Shown here one piece after another: positions 18,413 through 27,895 of a stretch of DNA of 64,000 nucleotides; position 1 is the stretch's first letter, and the number at the start of each line of letters is the position of its first letter. Position numbers and translations under genes: made by a program. The DNA comes from a virus. The stretch spans positions 1 through 64,000 of IMG/VR virus record IMGVR_UViG_3300020450_000010; one strand, 5' to 3'. Below the pieces are notes generated by a model, which was given only the letters and a program-made list of their open reading frames with translations, was not told where the DNA came from and ran no database searches.

Positions 18413-19692
18413 GCAAATATCTCCATATCATTTAAATGCCTTGGCAGTATGTTTTTAAGTTGTTCAAGTTCAGTGCTTTTTGGTGAACACAATCCACAAC
18501 CACATAATTTATTAGGACCTAGCGGACATTGTATTATTGGCATTGTTTTTGTTTCTAACTTATCTTTGAGCCATGTTATTATTTTATCACTTTCAGTAAT
18601 ACTGCCAATGGCTCCTCTTGTTCCATCAAAACGTGCTTGACAAGTTTGATGATGGAATATTTGATCCGTTTGTTGTTCTATATGTAAGAAAAACCAATTA
18701 ACACTACACTGCCAATTTTGAAATCTTTGGTAATCTAAGAATTTTGTTTTTGTCCAACATCCATTTTTGCCACCAGTTTCCATTATTCTTCCACCACAGC
18801 ATGGTCTACCCAAAGTTTCTGATTTATTTTTTGGACTTTTATATGTAGCATAGTCTTTGACTGCTCTTACATCTTTTTTAATAGGTTCAAATTTTTCTAC
18901 AGTTTTTTGTACTTCGACTGTATTATTTACTATGGTTTCTTGCAATTTGACATCACGTTGTATTTCATATTCCTCTACTTTTAAATTTTTAATCTTTTTA
19001 TCACTGCTTTTCCAATAATCTTTCATCCATTGTAATTGTTCATCAGTGTATATGTGAGCGGCAGTATCTCCTTGTTCGTCACCAATCATACGAGGAACAA
19101 AAACTATGCTATCTTCAGTGAGTTGTCTACACAATTCAATACACTCATCAAAATATTGTGCATGAAACATTACATTTATTTTCATGTTAAAGTCATTGTC
19201 CTTTAAAAAATAAATGTTTCTTATAACCTGTTTTTTTAAATTTTTATGTGCTTCAACATGATAACTTATTGTACAGTTATCATATACTTGTAATATACTC
19301 TGTGCCATCTTTTCGCCAAATGCACCATTGCTGGTTAATCCTAGTTTTAGTTTAAATTTATCTTTGTATTCTTTAGTATACAATTCACGTAACCATTGTC
19401 CAAATTCTATAAACTTAGGATTTACTGTTGGTTCACCTCCTGTAAAACTTACATTTAGTTGATCTTTGGTTTTGTATTTGCAAAGTAATTCACTATAATC
19501 AAATAAAAACTTACCAACACTTTGAAGTTCTTGTAAACTAGCATGCGGGCTAAAGTTATCATGTCTATGTGAAGGACAATAAGTGCAATCATAATTGCAC
19601 CTTCTACCAGTGTCCCAGGTGACTACCAGTGGACCATCTTTATGATCGAACAAGTTAACTGTTTCAAAATCTCTTGACTCAGCTTGGCCCAT
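18409..19692 (-). CDS. radical SAM protein with C-terminal Cys-rich domain
   Basis: CNYDCTYC, TGGEPT, TSNG; C-terminal PCCGG, WQCSVN, CP...CGCGLC. Confidence 0.92.
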   Translation of the reverse strand: MGQAESRDFETVNLFDHKDGPLVVTWDTGRRCNYDCTYCPSHRHDNFSPHASLQELQSVGKFLFDYSELLCKYKTKDQLNVSFTGGEPTVNPKFIEFGQWLRELYTKEYKDKFKLKLGLTSNGAFGEKMAQSILQVYDNCTISYHVEAHKNLKKQVIRNIYFLKDNDFNMKINVMFHAQYFDECIELCRQLTEDSIVFVPRMIGDEQGDTAAHIYTDEQLQWMKDYWKSSDKKIKNLKVEEYEIQRDVKLQETIVNNTVEVQKTVEKFEPIKKDVRAVKDYATYKSPKNKSETLGRPCCGGRIMETGGKNGCWTKTKFLDYQRFQNWQCSVNWFFLHIEQQTDQIFHHQTCQARFDGTRGAIGSITESDKIITWLKDKLETKTMPIIQCPLGPNKLCGCGLCSPKSTELEQLKNILPRHLNDMEIFA

Positions 19693-20633
19693 TATAATTC
19701 TTCCTTAATAAAAATATCTCTTTTGTTTTGTTTACATACCTGTTCACATCTAGGTATTCTAACATCACTGGTCCAACTATTTTTGATATCAGTCCAAACT
19801 TTACCATTTATTGCTTGGTCAACTGTTACACTCTTTAGATTTATATCTACTAGATAATCTTGTTCTATTAGTATATCTTCAAATCTATCTTTTCGTTTAT
19901 TACTAATAGGATACTCTAACATCTTTGCATTCAAATGACAACAAGGAATAACATTGCCCATGTGATTTACAAATATTCTTTTTTGATTTCCGTACTTACA
20001 ACTGATACTTGGATTTTCTTCTTGTTCCACTTTTTTATGCTTAACACCACCAGTATCTTTTCTATGACTGATAATAGTTTTAAATTCTACAAAGCCTTCG
20101 TCTTTGGCTATTTGTTTTGCAGTCTCTAACTGATGCTCATTGTGTTCAAAACTAATAAACTGCCAGTTAGCTCTACCTCCTGCGGCAATAAATGCTCTAT
20201 AATTTTGCTGTACTTTTTTAAAACTTGAGCCTTCTCTATAAACTTCGCTTAGTTCATCACTACCATCAATTCCCCAGACTACTTTGTGACTACTAGGTAA
20301 AATTTTAGCTAGCTGTTCCCACCACTTAGTGGTTCTTAGACTACCGTTTGTAGCAATATTGATATGTGCGTTCCAATCTGCAAAATGTTCAATGATTTTA
20401 TGAAACTGCGGGTGACTGCACGGCTCATCTACACTTCCACAAAAATTAATAATCTTAATATTAGGAAACATTTCTTTTTGAAACTTTTCTTTAAGTGTGT
20501 CGAGATCCAAATAGGTTTTGTTTAATATTTGATCAGCATGTTCACTCATCACACGAAAACAACCTTTGCAACGAATGTTACAAAAACTTGTAAGTTCAAT
20601 ATCAATCCATTCTAATGTATCAATTGACCACAT
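19692..20633 (-). CDS. radical SAM / SPASM-twitch protein
   Basis: CNIRCKGC, FCGSVDEP, TNG, FEHNEHQ, PCC, CEQVC. Confidence 0.92.
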   Translation of the reverse strand: MWSIDTLEWIDIELTSFCNIRCKGCFRVMSEHADQILNKTYLDLDTLKEKFQKEMFPNIKIINFCGSVDEPCSHPQFHKIIEHFADWNAHINIATNGSLRTTKWWEQLAKILPSSHKVVWGIDGSDELSEVYREGSSFKKVQQNYRAFIAAGGRANWQFISFEHNEHQLETAKQIAKDEGFVEFKTIISHRKDTGGVKHKKVEQEENPSISCKYGNQKRIFVNHMGNVIPCCHLNAKMLEYPISNKRKDRFEDILIEQDYLVDINLKSVTVDQAINGKVWTDIKNSWTSDVRIPRCEQVCKQNKRDIFIKEEL

Positions 20634-21453
20634 TCGTCAAAGCCCAATCACGTTCAGCACACCAGAAACAACCTTCAGACAAATCATCTATAATGTCACA
20701 GCAAGTTACCAATGGTGTGGTTCCATGGATATAATTTTTCAAAGTTGGAAAATCTTTTCTCCAACTGGTTGAGTCATATTCATGTTCACAACTTCTAGTT
20801 ATGTCAAGTAGTTCAGTCCAATTATTATTGTAGTACTGTTTTACAATAAACGTTTTATCCAATAGTGTAAATGGAGTAATATGTTCTACATTAACTTGAG
20901 GACACTTCTGTTGAGATAAAAGTTTTTCTTTTGTCCAATTGCGTTTATCTAATGCTGTAGGATGACTGAAGTTTTCATCTTGTGGATTACTAGTTGTAAA
21001 ACCATACGTAATATCTAAGTCATAAGTGTGCATTGCATATCTATTGAAACTTTGTACACAAACTGTATCTCCAGGAGCACCAACTTGTTCAATGTTGCCA
21101 ATTACACCATGCTCAAGTTCTGGAGGAATAAAGTTTTCTATTCTTCTAATAATAATGTTGGGGAACATAGCAACAAGTTTATTGTACACATCTATGCTTA
21201 CTGGTTGTTGCCACGGTCTGGTCTTCCAACATCTGTTGTGTGTTATAACTGTAATTTTTGTATCGCATTCAAGCTCGGTGATTAACTTACATAATAATGC
21301 TGTGCCACATGCACTGTCAGCACCGCCTGATAAGTTTACACCAATATTTTTAATAGTAGGATCAAATAGAAAATACTCATTATCTATTACGTGTAATATA
21401 TCTTCGTCTACATTAAAATGTGTATAAGATAGATTATTTAAACTATCATTCAT
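20620..21453 (-). CDS. QueC-like PP-loop ATP pyrophosphatase
   Basis: LSGGADS PP-loop; TRSCE...GCFWCAER zinc motif. Confidence 0.75.
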   Translation of the reverse strand: MNDSLNNLSYTHFNVDEDILHVIDNEYFLFDPTIKNIGVNLSGGADSACGTALLCKLITELECDTKITVITHNRCWKTRPWQQPVSIDVYNKLVAMFPNIIIRRIENFIPPELEHGVIGNIEQVGAPGDTVCVQSFNRYAMHTYDLDITYGFTTSNPQDENFSHPTALDKRNWTKEKLLSQQKCPQVNVEHITPFTLLDKTFIVKQYYNNNWTELLDITRSCEHEYDSTSWRKDFPTLKNYIHGTTPLVTCCDIIDDLSEGCFWCAERDWALTNVVN

Positions 21454-22843
21454 TGAATATATCCTTCATCTCTGGAAATGTTTTTGCAAAACTTAATGAA
21501 CGTTGTCTATCACATAAGGAAAGAAACTCTTTCATTTCAGGCAAACGTACACTCCAATCTTCGCTTTCCATAAAATTAAGTATACCTTCTAATCTTTTAA
21601 TACCATACTCTGCACTGCGCCAAGTACTATAATCTACTTTACCTTTATGCCAACTTGGAACTCCTAGTTCCCAATTTTGCTTCCACCAAGGATACCATGC
21701 TTCGTATTTTGCTCTACACTTTGCTTTAAAGTCTACAGGTAAACTTTTAACATTGAGATGTCCGGGCCAATATACAAAATGCTGACTAATGCCGCCAGCA
21801 CCAAATGGCCACATATTAAGTTTCTTAAAACCTTGTTCTAATTTCCATTGTATAAAGTCTGGCAAGTAATATACATTAAGTGCTTGTACTGCACAGGCAA
21901 TTGTTACTTCTACATTGTCGCTAGTATCGTTATCTAATATATGAAATACTTCTTCCTGACGTTTCCATTCGCTTGGATAACGAATATAGTCATTCATTTG
22001 TTTAATGCTGTCTACCGAATAGTGAAAACGCACAAGTTTGAATTCTCTCCATAGATCAAATAAATCCTCTCGCCATTCAACTCCATTTGAGTTATAACGT
22101 AATTCCAAATCTTTTGCATAGCCCATTTTAATTGCATGTTCAAGTATTTCATAGTGTTCCTCAATAATTAAACTCTCTCCACCTGCAAAGTATATCTGTT
22201 GCATTGTGGGCATTTGTTCGTAAAACTGTTTCCAAAAAGTTGGATTTTGTTTGTGCCAGTTGTAGCTACTACCATTGGTACTGCCTTTGTTATCCCATGA
22301 CATGGTGTGTTTCAATGATTCGTTTTGTACTTGTGGAAAGATTTTTTTATAATCTTTAATCCAGCCACTACTATCATGTGGGCTACACATAACGCAAGCC
22401 AACTGACATTTAGTACCAAAACGTAAATCAATATATGCTAGATTAGGCGGCACTTCTCCGTCAGGTTGTGTGTCAGCTACTATCTTATCTAAGTCAACAC
22501 GTTGGCTCCAATAATTTGTTTCCCACATGCGTTTACTTCTATGTCCTGCCGCTTCTTCTTTGTAGCATTTTAAACAACTAGGTGGTTTCTCTCCATTGAG
22601 CATCTGCACTCGCACATTTTTCATATAGTCGCTGTTCCATGCTGTTTCAAAGTCGCTTACATTTAAGTTGTTAGGTCGACCTTCTTCATCTTTGAGGATA
22701 CCAACTTGTCCACCGTGTTCTTTGTCATTGGTAGGACCTACACTACTTGCATTTGCAGTGCAACATACACGCATACTACCGTCTGGTCTTGTACTAAGGT
22801 GAACCCAAGGTAACAAGCAAAATGTATCGCTGGGGGATTTCAT
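21446..22843 (-). CDS. radical SAM protein with N-terminal twitch/SPASM-like domain
   Basis: N-terminal CLLPW..CC..CLKC; CQLACVMC; AGGES; YNSNG. Confidence 0.92.
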   Translation of the reverse strand: MKSPSDTFCLLPWVHLSTRPDGSMRVCCTANASSVGPTNDKEHGGQVGILKDEEGRPNNLNVSDFETAWNSDYMKNVRVQMLNGEKPPSCLKCYKEEAAGHRSKRMWETNYWSQRVDLDKIVADTQPDGEVPPNLAYIDLRFGTKCQLACVMCSPHDSSGWIKDYKKIFPQVQNESLKHTMSWDNKGSTNGSSYNWHKQNPTFWKQFYEQMPTMQQIYFAGGESLIIEEHYEILEHAIKMGYAKDLELRYNSNGVEWREDLFDLWREFKLVRFHYSVDSIKQMNDYIRYPSEWKRQEEVFHILDNDTSDNVEVTIACAVQALNVYYLPDFIQWKLEQGFKKLNMWPFGAGGISQHFVYWPGHLNVKSLPVDFKAKCRAKYEAWYPWWKQNWELGVPSWHKGKVDYSTWRSAEYGIKRLEGILNFMESEDWSVRLPEMKEFLSLCDRQRSLSFAKTFPEMKDIFNE

Positions 22844-22848
22844 ACAAA

Positions 22849-22856
22849 TATTTATA
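22849..22856 (-). promoter_or_regulatory. T4-type late promoter TATAAATA (minus strand)
   Basis: Exact consensus, 5 nt upstream of ATG 22843. Confidence 0.7.
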
Positions 22857-22862
22857 TGCTAC

Positions 22863-22870
22863 TATAAATA
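22863..22870 (+). promoter_or_regulatory. T4-type late promoter TATAAATA (plus strand)
   Basis: Exact consensus, 5 nt upstream of ATG 22876. Confidence 0.7.
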
Positions 22871-22875
22871 TCAAT

Positions 22876-24156
22876 ATGATTCACGAAACATACTGTAGCT
22901 ATCCGTTTGACTCTTTAGCAGTTAAGAAATGGCAAGACGGACTAGCAAAAAGAGTTACTCCTTGCTGTAATATGAAAAACGGCAGGGCTGATGACAAGGA
23001 TCCTATGCGTGTTAAAAACCTAATAGGTAATGGTGCAACCTTATTAGATGTATTTCACAGCAAACAGTTTGATGAACTCAGAGACAATTTATTAAATGGT
23101 GTTAAGCATAATGCTTGTGAATATTGTTGGAGGTTAGAAAGCAAAACTGGAAAAAGTCCAAGGACTGTAGAAATATCTAAACTAAAACAAGCAATAACTA
23201 CACCCAAACTTAATAAGTTTGACACAATGTTAGATGAAAATTGTAATCTTAGATGTAGAATGTGTACTCCTGCTTGTAGCAATAGTCTGAGAAAAGATGT
23301 TACACTTATTAAACAATCCAATCTCACTATGCCAGAATACATGGCACCTGCTGTTGGAACTAGGGAAGACCAAGATCCCAATGGTGTAATGAGCTTTAAT
23401 TCTCCAGATGACACTAACCAAAAACAGTTGGTTGAACTTTGCAATACTCATCTTGAAGAATTAAAGTTTACAGGAGGAGAACCAACCACCAGTGCAACAT
23501 TTTGGAAGATAGTAGACAACATTGAACGTCCTCAGGACATGATACTTAATGTAACAACAAATGGTACAAAATTCAATGACAAGTTTATAAATGCAATCAA
23601 AAAATTTAAATTCAATAAAATTACTGTGAGTATAGACGGTACACACAAAACATATGAATATATACGCTATCCATTCAATTGGCGCAAGCTAGAGCAAAAT
23701 ATAGAACGCTTGTGCAATAAAATGGAAGAGGGTAGATTGGATCTAATGTTTTGTAGTGTGCTTACAATATATAACATATTGAATATAAGAAACTTAATTG
23801 ATTGGATACATCATCATAATATGGATACTGTACACCCAATACATTTTAACTGCATAGTAGATCCTCATCCTGTTGATAGTTGTTTAGATGTAAAATGGGC
23901 TAGTAAAGAACTGTTGGATATAGCACATAAAAATATACAAGTTGCATTAGAAGAATCTGACAAACATACAGTACTGCATATAACAAGATTGCGAGACTAT
24001 CTCAAATGGTGTTTAGAAGCTGAACATGATCCAGAATATCGCAATCAACGTAGACAAAGACTGCTAATGGACACCACTACATTTGATAAAATACGCAATC
24101 AAAACTATGAAAATATTTTAAATCCACCAGTAGTAGATTTTATTAAGAGTATTTGA
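22876..24156 (+). CDS. radical SAM protein with N-terminal twitch/SPASM-like domain (only inverted gene in the cluster)
   Basis: MIHETYCSYPF..PCC..CEYC; CNLRCRMC; TGGEPT; TTNGT; start reset to ATG 22876 by comparison with paralogues. Confidence 0.9.
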   Translation: MIHETYCSYPFDSLAVKKWQDGLAKRVTPCCNMKNGRADDKDPMRVKNLIGNGATLLDVFHSKQFDELRDNLLNGVKHNACEYCWRLESKTGKSPRTVEISKLKQAITTPKLNKFDTMLDENCNLRCRMCTPACSNSLRKDVTLIKQSNLTMPEYMAPAVGTREDQDPNGVMSFNSPDDTNQKQLVELCNTHLEELKFTGGEPTTSATFWKIVDNIERPQDMILNVTTNGTKFNDKFINAIKKFKFNKITVSIDGTHKTYEYIRYPFNWRKLEQNIERLCNKMEEGRLDLMFCSVLTIYNILNIRNLIDWIHHHNMDTVHPIHFNCIVDPHPVDSCLDVKWASKELLDIAHKNIQVALEESDKHTVLHITRLRDYLKWCLEAEHDPEYRNQRRQRLLMDTTTFDKIRNQNYENILNPPVVDFIKSI

Positions 24157-25144
24157 TTTCATTTTGATATGCACGATTTTTCGCACAAGTTCTAATACAA
24201 CGACTTATATGTAAATTGTGTTCAGGATCCCAACTATCTTTTAATGCTTGTTCATAGTATTCTGTTGCTAGTATTTCATTGATAGAATAATCATTTAAAT
24301 TATTCCAATTATTTGGGTATATATTATATTTTTCTTTTATTTTGTCTTTGTCATTGAAATTACTGTCGTATAAAAAACAGCAGGGCCATAGTGTACTGTC
24401 AGAACCTATGAATATTTCTGAACCGTGATAATATTTGCAATCTATGCTTGAAATAATGTTATGAATTTGTTCTTGACTTTTGTTTTGGTCTTGTATGAAT
24501 TCGTCTAATTTTTTTACTATTGCTACTTTACTGTGTTGTTTAGCACCAGTAGTAGTGATAACTTTTTCTACTTTGTTATTTTTCTTTCCAATTTTTGCTA
24601 TCCAATTATGATAGCTATTACGCATTCCAGTTCTGGTAGCAAACTCGAATCCTAGTTGTTGTGCAAGTTGCTGTGCTTGTTCTAGTTCATGTTCGTTGTG
24701 ATCAAATACAATGTATATCCATGTGGCTTGGCCGCCAGCATCACTGTATGCTTGCATATTGCGTTTAATAATCTTATAGTTTGTGTTTACTCTGTAGATA
24801 TGATTTGTTTCTGTGCCGTCGACGCAAAAATGCACATCAATACCCAGTGTTCCTAGTTCTCGCCACCAGTCAGCACTGTTGCGTCCTCCGTTTGTACTAT
24901 ACTGAATCTTAGCACCATTGTCAACCAAATACTTTGTAATCTCCATACATTCAGGATTAACGATAGGATCACCTAGCACACCACAAAACTTAAACTTTAT
25001 GCCTTGTGGATCGGGGAACCATGTTTGTATTTGTTCTAGTGTGAGATTAGTGGGCTTTACTAAATCTATATTTTGTGTTCTAGCACACCCAGGACAAGCC
25101 GCATTACAATCACTGCTTATCTCTAGTTCAACTCTTTGTATCAT
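24143..25144 (-). CDS. radical SAM / SPASM-twitch protein
   Basis: CNAACPGC, FCGVLGDP, TNGG, FDHNEHE, PCC, CIRTC. Confidence 0.92.
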   Translation of the reverse strand: MIQRVELEISSDCNAACPGCARTQNIDLVKPTNLTLEQIQTWFPDPQGIKFKFCGVLGDPIVNPECMEITKYLVDNGAKIQYSTNGGRNSADWWRELGTLGIDVHFCVDGTETNHIYRVNTNYKIIKRNMQAYSDAGGQATWIYIVFDHNEHELEQAQQLAQQLGFEFATRTGMRNSYHNWIAKIGKKNNKVEKVITTTGAKQHSKVAIVKKLDEFIQDQNKSQEQIHNIISSIDCKYYHGSEIFIGSDSTLWPCCFLYDSNFNDKDKIKEKYNIYPNNWNNLNDYSINEILATEYYEQALKDSWDPEHNLHISRCIRTCAKNRAYQNEIKYS

Positions 25145-26226
25145 TGAAACTGTGCTCCAAATGGATCAAACTCTGTGCCACACTTCATACTACACACACC
25201 CAACTTGCCGTTTTTTACACCTTGTATACTCCAACTTGATTGTATATCTTGTAATAGCGTACCGTTGATTACAGTTTCGAGGTCATGTTCAATTACATTA
25301 ATACCTTGTTTGCCTCCTGCTCTATCAATGAAATCCCATACTTGTTCTACTCTATAGTCCTGATGCCACCATTTGTACATGCGTCCTGCTGTCCAACAGC
25401 ATGGCATTAATAATCCTTCTGCTGTAATAAAAATATTACGTTGTTCAGCTACTTTACATTTGATATCACAATTGTCATAGTATTCACGCATTGAACCATA
25501 TGTTTTTTCTATTTCATTTTGTTTTTGTAGTGCAAGATTTTGATTACTTGATTGTTTTGGTTTTTCTATTAGCTGTGTTTCAGCACCTTTGCGATTTTTA
25601 GCCTGATGTGCGTCTTTTTGTACTTGTCCACTTGCTACAATAAACCTACCGCTTTTCTTTTTTATAAATTTTTCACAGCCCCACTGGTTAGCAAGTTCTT
25701 CTGCTTCTTCAACTTGATGTTCGTTATGTTGAAATATTAAGTAGTCCCAACGAGCTCTACCGCCTGCGTCGATAAATGCTCGCATGTTACGTTCTACATT
25801 ATTCCAAACAACATTTTGTCTATACAAATGATTTGTATCACGCAAACCATCAACACTAAAAATTACTGTGCCTTTTCGTCCTATTACACCTGCAAGTTCA
25901 CGCCACCAGTCAGTACTCTTAGCTCCTGCATTTGTATTCATGCTTAACCACATCTTATCGTTGTGTTGTCTAAAGTAACGAAATACTTCTAATGTATCAC
26001 GTGCAACTATAGGATCACCCAAGTTGCCACACATATACATTGTGTTTAGTTGTTGGATAAATGCGGGTGTAAAGATACGTTGACAGTCGTGTAAACTAAG
26101 TTCACTATTATCTATATGGCGGTTGTCTACACCACCATTTTCATTCCTATCACACATAGGGCAAGCGGCTTGGCACTTTTGCGTAATTTCCAAGTGTACT
26201 TGTTTTATCTCATTGTAGTTGTACAT
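25141..26226 (-). CDS. radical SAM / SPASM-twitch protein
   Basis: CQAACPMC, MCGNLGDP, FQHNEHQ, PCC, CSMKC. Confidence 0.92.
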   Translation of the reverse strand: MYNYNEIKQVHLEITQKCQAACPMCDRNENGGVDNRHIDNSELSLHDCQRIFTPAFIQQLNTMYMCGNLGDPIVARDTLEVFRYFRQHNDKMWLSMNTNAGAKSTDWWRELAGVIGRKGTVIFSVDGLRDTNHLYRQNVVWNNVERNMRAFIDAGGRARWDYLIFQHNEHQVEEAEELANQWGCEKFIKKKSGRFIVASGQVQKDAHQAKNRKGAETQLIEKPKQSSNQNLALQKQNEIEKTYGSMREYYDNCDIKCKVAEQRNIFITAEGLLMPCCWTAGRMYKWWHQDYRVEQVWDFIDRAGGKQGINVIEHDLETVINGTLLQDIQSSWSIQGVKNGKLGVCSMKCGTEFDPFGAQFQ

Positions 26227-26746
26227 AGTTAAACTTTTGTATCTTACCCATTAAATTAATCTGTGTCATGTAATATTTTTCAGTAAAATCAAAAGCCCAA
26301 CTTTCATTAGGTATAGTGTCTATTAGTTCATAACTTTCAGGATCAAGTATTTTAATACTTTTATCTTTGGTTATTACCATGTTATGTAAACTAACATCGG
26401 TATTGATAAAATACTGGTCTTCCCTTATACATTTGCTGTACTCCATACTTTGGGCCCAACTGTAGTTGATTGCATACAAAATATCACACAATATATTTTT
26501 ATTTACTAAATGAAAATAATCGGGATCTTTAAGTAGATCTTCAACGGTAGCTATAAAATCTAGTTTCTCCATGCGAATAGTACTACCAACATCATCTATG
26601 CCAAATACTTCAACTAGAAATCTATTCGCTCTACACAATTCATGGTAATGCATAAGCCATTCTTTGGGTTCGTCCACTGGTTTGTGTTTTAACGTTTTGA
26701 CAACATTGTTGTCGTTTATTTTTATTATACTCTTAAATGTTTCCAA
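26210..26746 (-). CDS. protein-kinase-like / APH-fold phosphotransferase (putative)
   Basis: VVKT, catalytic-loop-like NTDVSLHN, KILDPES; TTG start. Confidence 0.55.
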   Translation of the reverse strand: METFKSIIKINDNNVVKTLKHKPVDEPKEWLMHYHELCRANRFLVEVFGIDDVGSTIRMEKLDFIATVEDLLKDPDYFHLVNKNILCDILYAINYSWAQSMEYSKCIREDQYFINTDVSLHNMVITKDKSIKILDPESYELIDTIPNESWAFDFTEKYYMTQINLMGKIQKFNYVQLQ

Positions 26747-26747
26747 T

Positions 26748-27422
26748 TTATACTAATCTTCCAAATCCCCATTGTCGTTCTCTGCAAAACCAACAATCTT
26801 CACAGTGTTTTTCAAATGTATAAACTTCATCATCTTCACAACTTCTGGTCAACGGAAATATATCTTCTAGTACACCCAATCTAATATAGTGTTCTGCTAC
26901 ACCTTTTTTATCCACATTAATCAAAGGTCTAAAAGTATTGTCTTTCTTTTCCAATCCTTTACTTCTATCCATATCATTGGTACCAAAACTACCAGGTAAC
27001 GCATGTGTGCCGTCGTATAATTCTGGAGCATCTTCTGCTGTTGGATTAGCAGTCAAACCTGAGAAATGCTTTTGCAAGCCTTGACTTGCATAAACATCAT
27101 TGACAAGATCTGCTTGTTGATTGATATAGTTTTCAACTGTAGAGCTATCAATGGTTCTATACTGATGTGTTGCAAATTTAATGCCTGTCATTGATTCAAC
27201 TTTGCGTAATACTTTGTCTGCAAATATCTGTTGAAATGGTTTGGTACTTGCTACCGCAGTAATAGGATGAATGGTGATATCAGGTCTTTCTTCTGTGACA
27301 TACTTTGCGACCATGTAACAAACTATTGCACTGTCAGCACCTCCACTGATTTTTAATCCCAGAGTTTTCATATTCTCCGGGAGGTCAATCTCCCAATTAT
27401 CTTGTGAGTTTTCCAATAACAT
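26748..27422 (-). CDS. QueC-like (7-cyano-7-deazaguanine synthase-like) PP-loop ATPase
   Basis: ISGGADS; TRSCE...HCEDCWFCRER zinc motif. Confidence 0.78.
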   Translation of the reverse strand: MLLENSQDNWEIDLPENMKTLGLKISGGADSAIVCYMVAKYVTEERPDITIHPITAVASTKPFQQIFADKVLRKVESMTGIKFATHQYRTIDSSTVENYINQQADLVNDVYASQGLQKHFSGLTANPTAEDAPELYDGTHALPGSFGTNDMDRSKGLEKKDNTFRPLINVDKKGVAEHYIRLGVLEDIFPLTRSCEDDEVYTFEKHCEDCWFCRERQWGFGRLV

Positions 27423-27442
27423 TTATTTCTCCATTATCAACT

Positions 27443-27679
27443 TTATACATTAATAAAATAAATCCAAATTAGTGTTGGTATAATTATAGCAAACTGTGGC
27501 ATAAAATTTAATAGTAATGCTTTTTCATTCCACCTATAACCAACATAACACCAGCCTGTTGCTCCTAACAACTGTACATAGGCATTCCAAGGAGTCACAC
27601 CTAAAGTGTGCAATAACATTGCAATTAGGATTGTGATAGCACTTGCGTATTTAATATACCAAACATGATCTCTATTCAT
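27443..27679 (-). CDS. small membrane protein
   Basis: 78 aa with three hydrophobic segments. Confidence 0.7.
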   Translation of the reverse strand: MNRDHVWYIKYASAITILIAMLLHTLGVTPWNAYVQLLGATGWCYVGYRWNEKALLLNFMPQFAIIIPTLIWIYFINV

Positions 27680-27893
27680 CTAATATCAACTTTATATCTT
27701 TGCCTGGCCCACACTTGCTAGGTAAGTCGCCGTATTGTTCTACATACCATTCAATAACTGCACTATACCAAAGTTGACTATTATGATGTGCTTTTTTGTT
27801 GAACTGGTGTATGTTATTGTTTGAAGCTTGCATAGTTGATAGTGCTTTTGCGGCTTCAATTTGTAACTCACGTAAAGAAAGGGTATCTAGCAT
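27672..27893 (-). CDS. hypothetical protein
   Basis: 73 aa ORF packed between neighbours. Confidence 0.7.
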   Translation of the reverse strand: MLDTLSLRELQIEAAKALSTMQASNNNIHQFNKKAHHNSQLWYSAVIEWYVEQYGDLPSKCGPGKDIKLILDE

Positions 27894-27895
27894 TT

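Noticed and set aside
22822-22875. ORF-track start of the + strand radical SAM at 22822
   Set aside because: It would overlap the divergent gene and both promoter motifs; ATG 22876 matches the N-termini of the paralogues.
20620-27422. Canonical queuosine / 7-deazaguanine DNA modification operon
   Set aside because: No FolE, QueD, DpdA/Tgt or clear QueE in the window; only QueC-like folds are supported.
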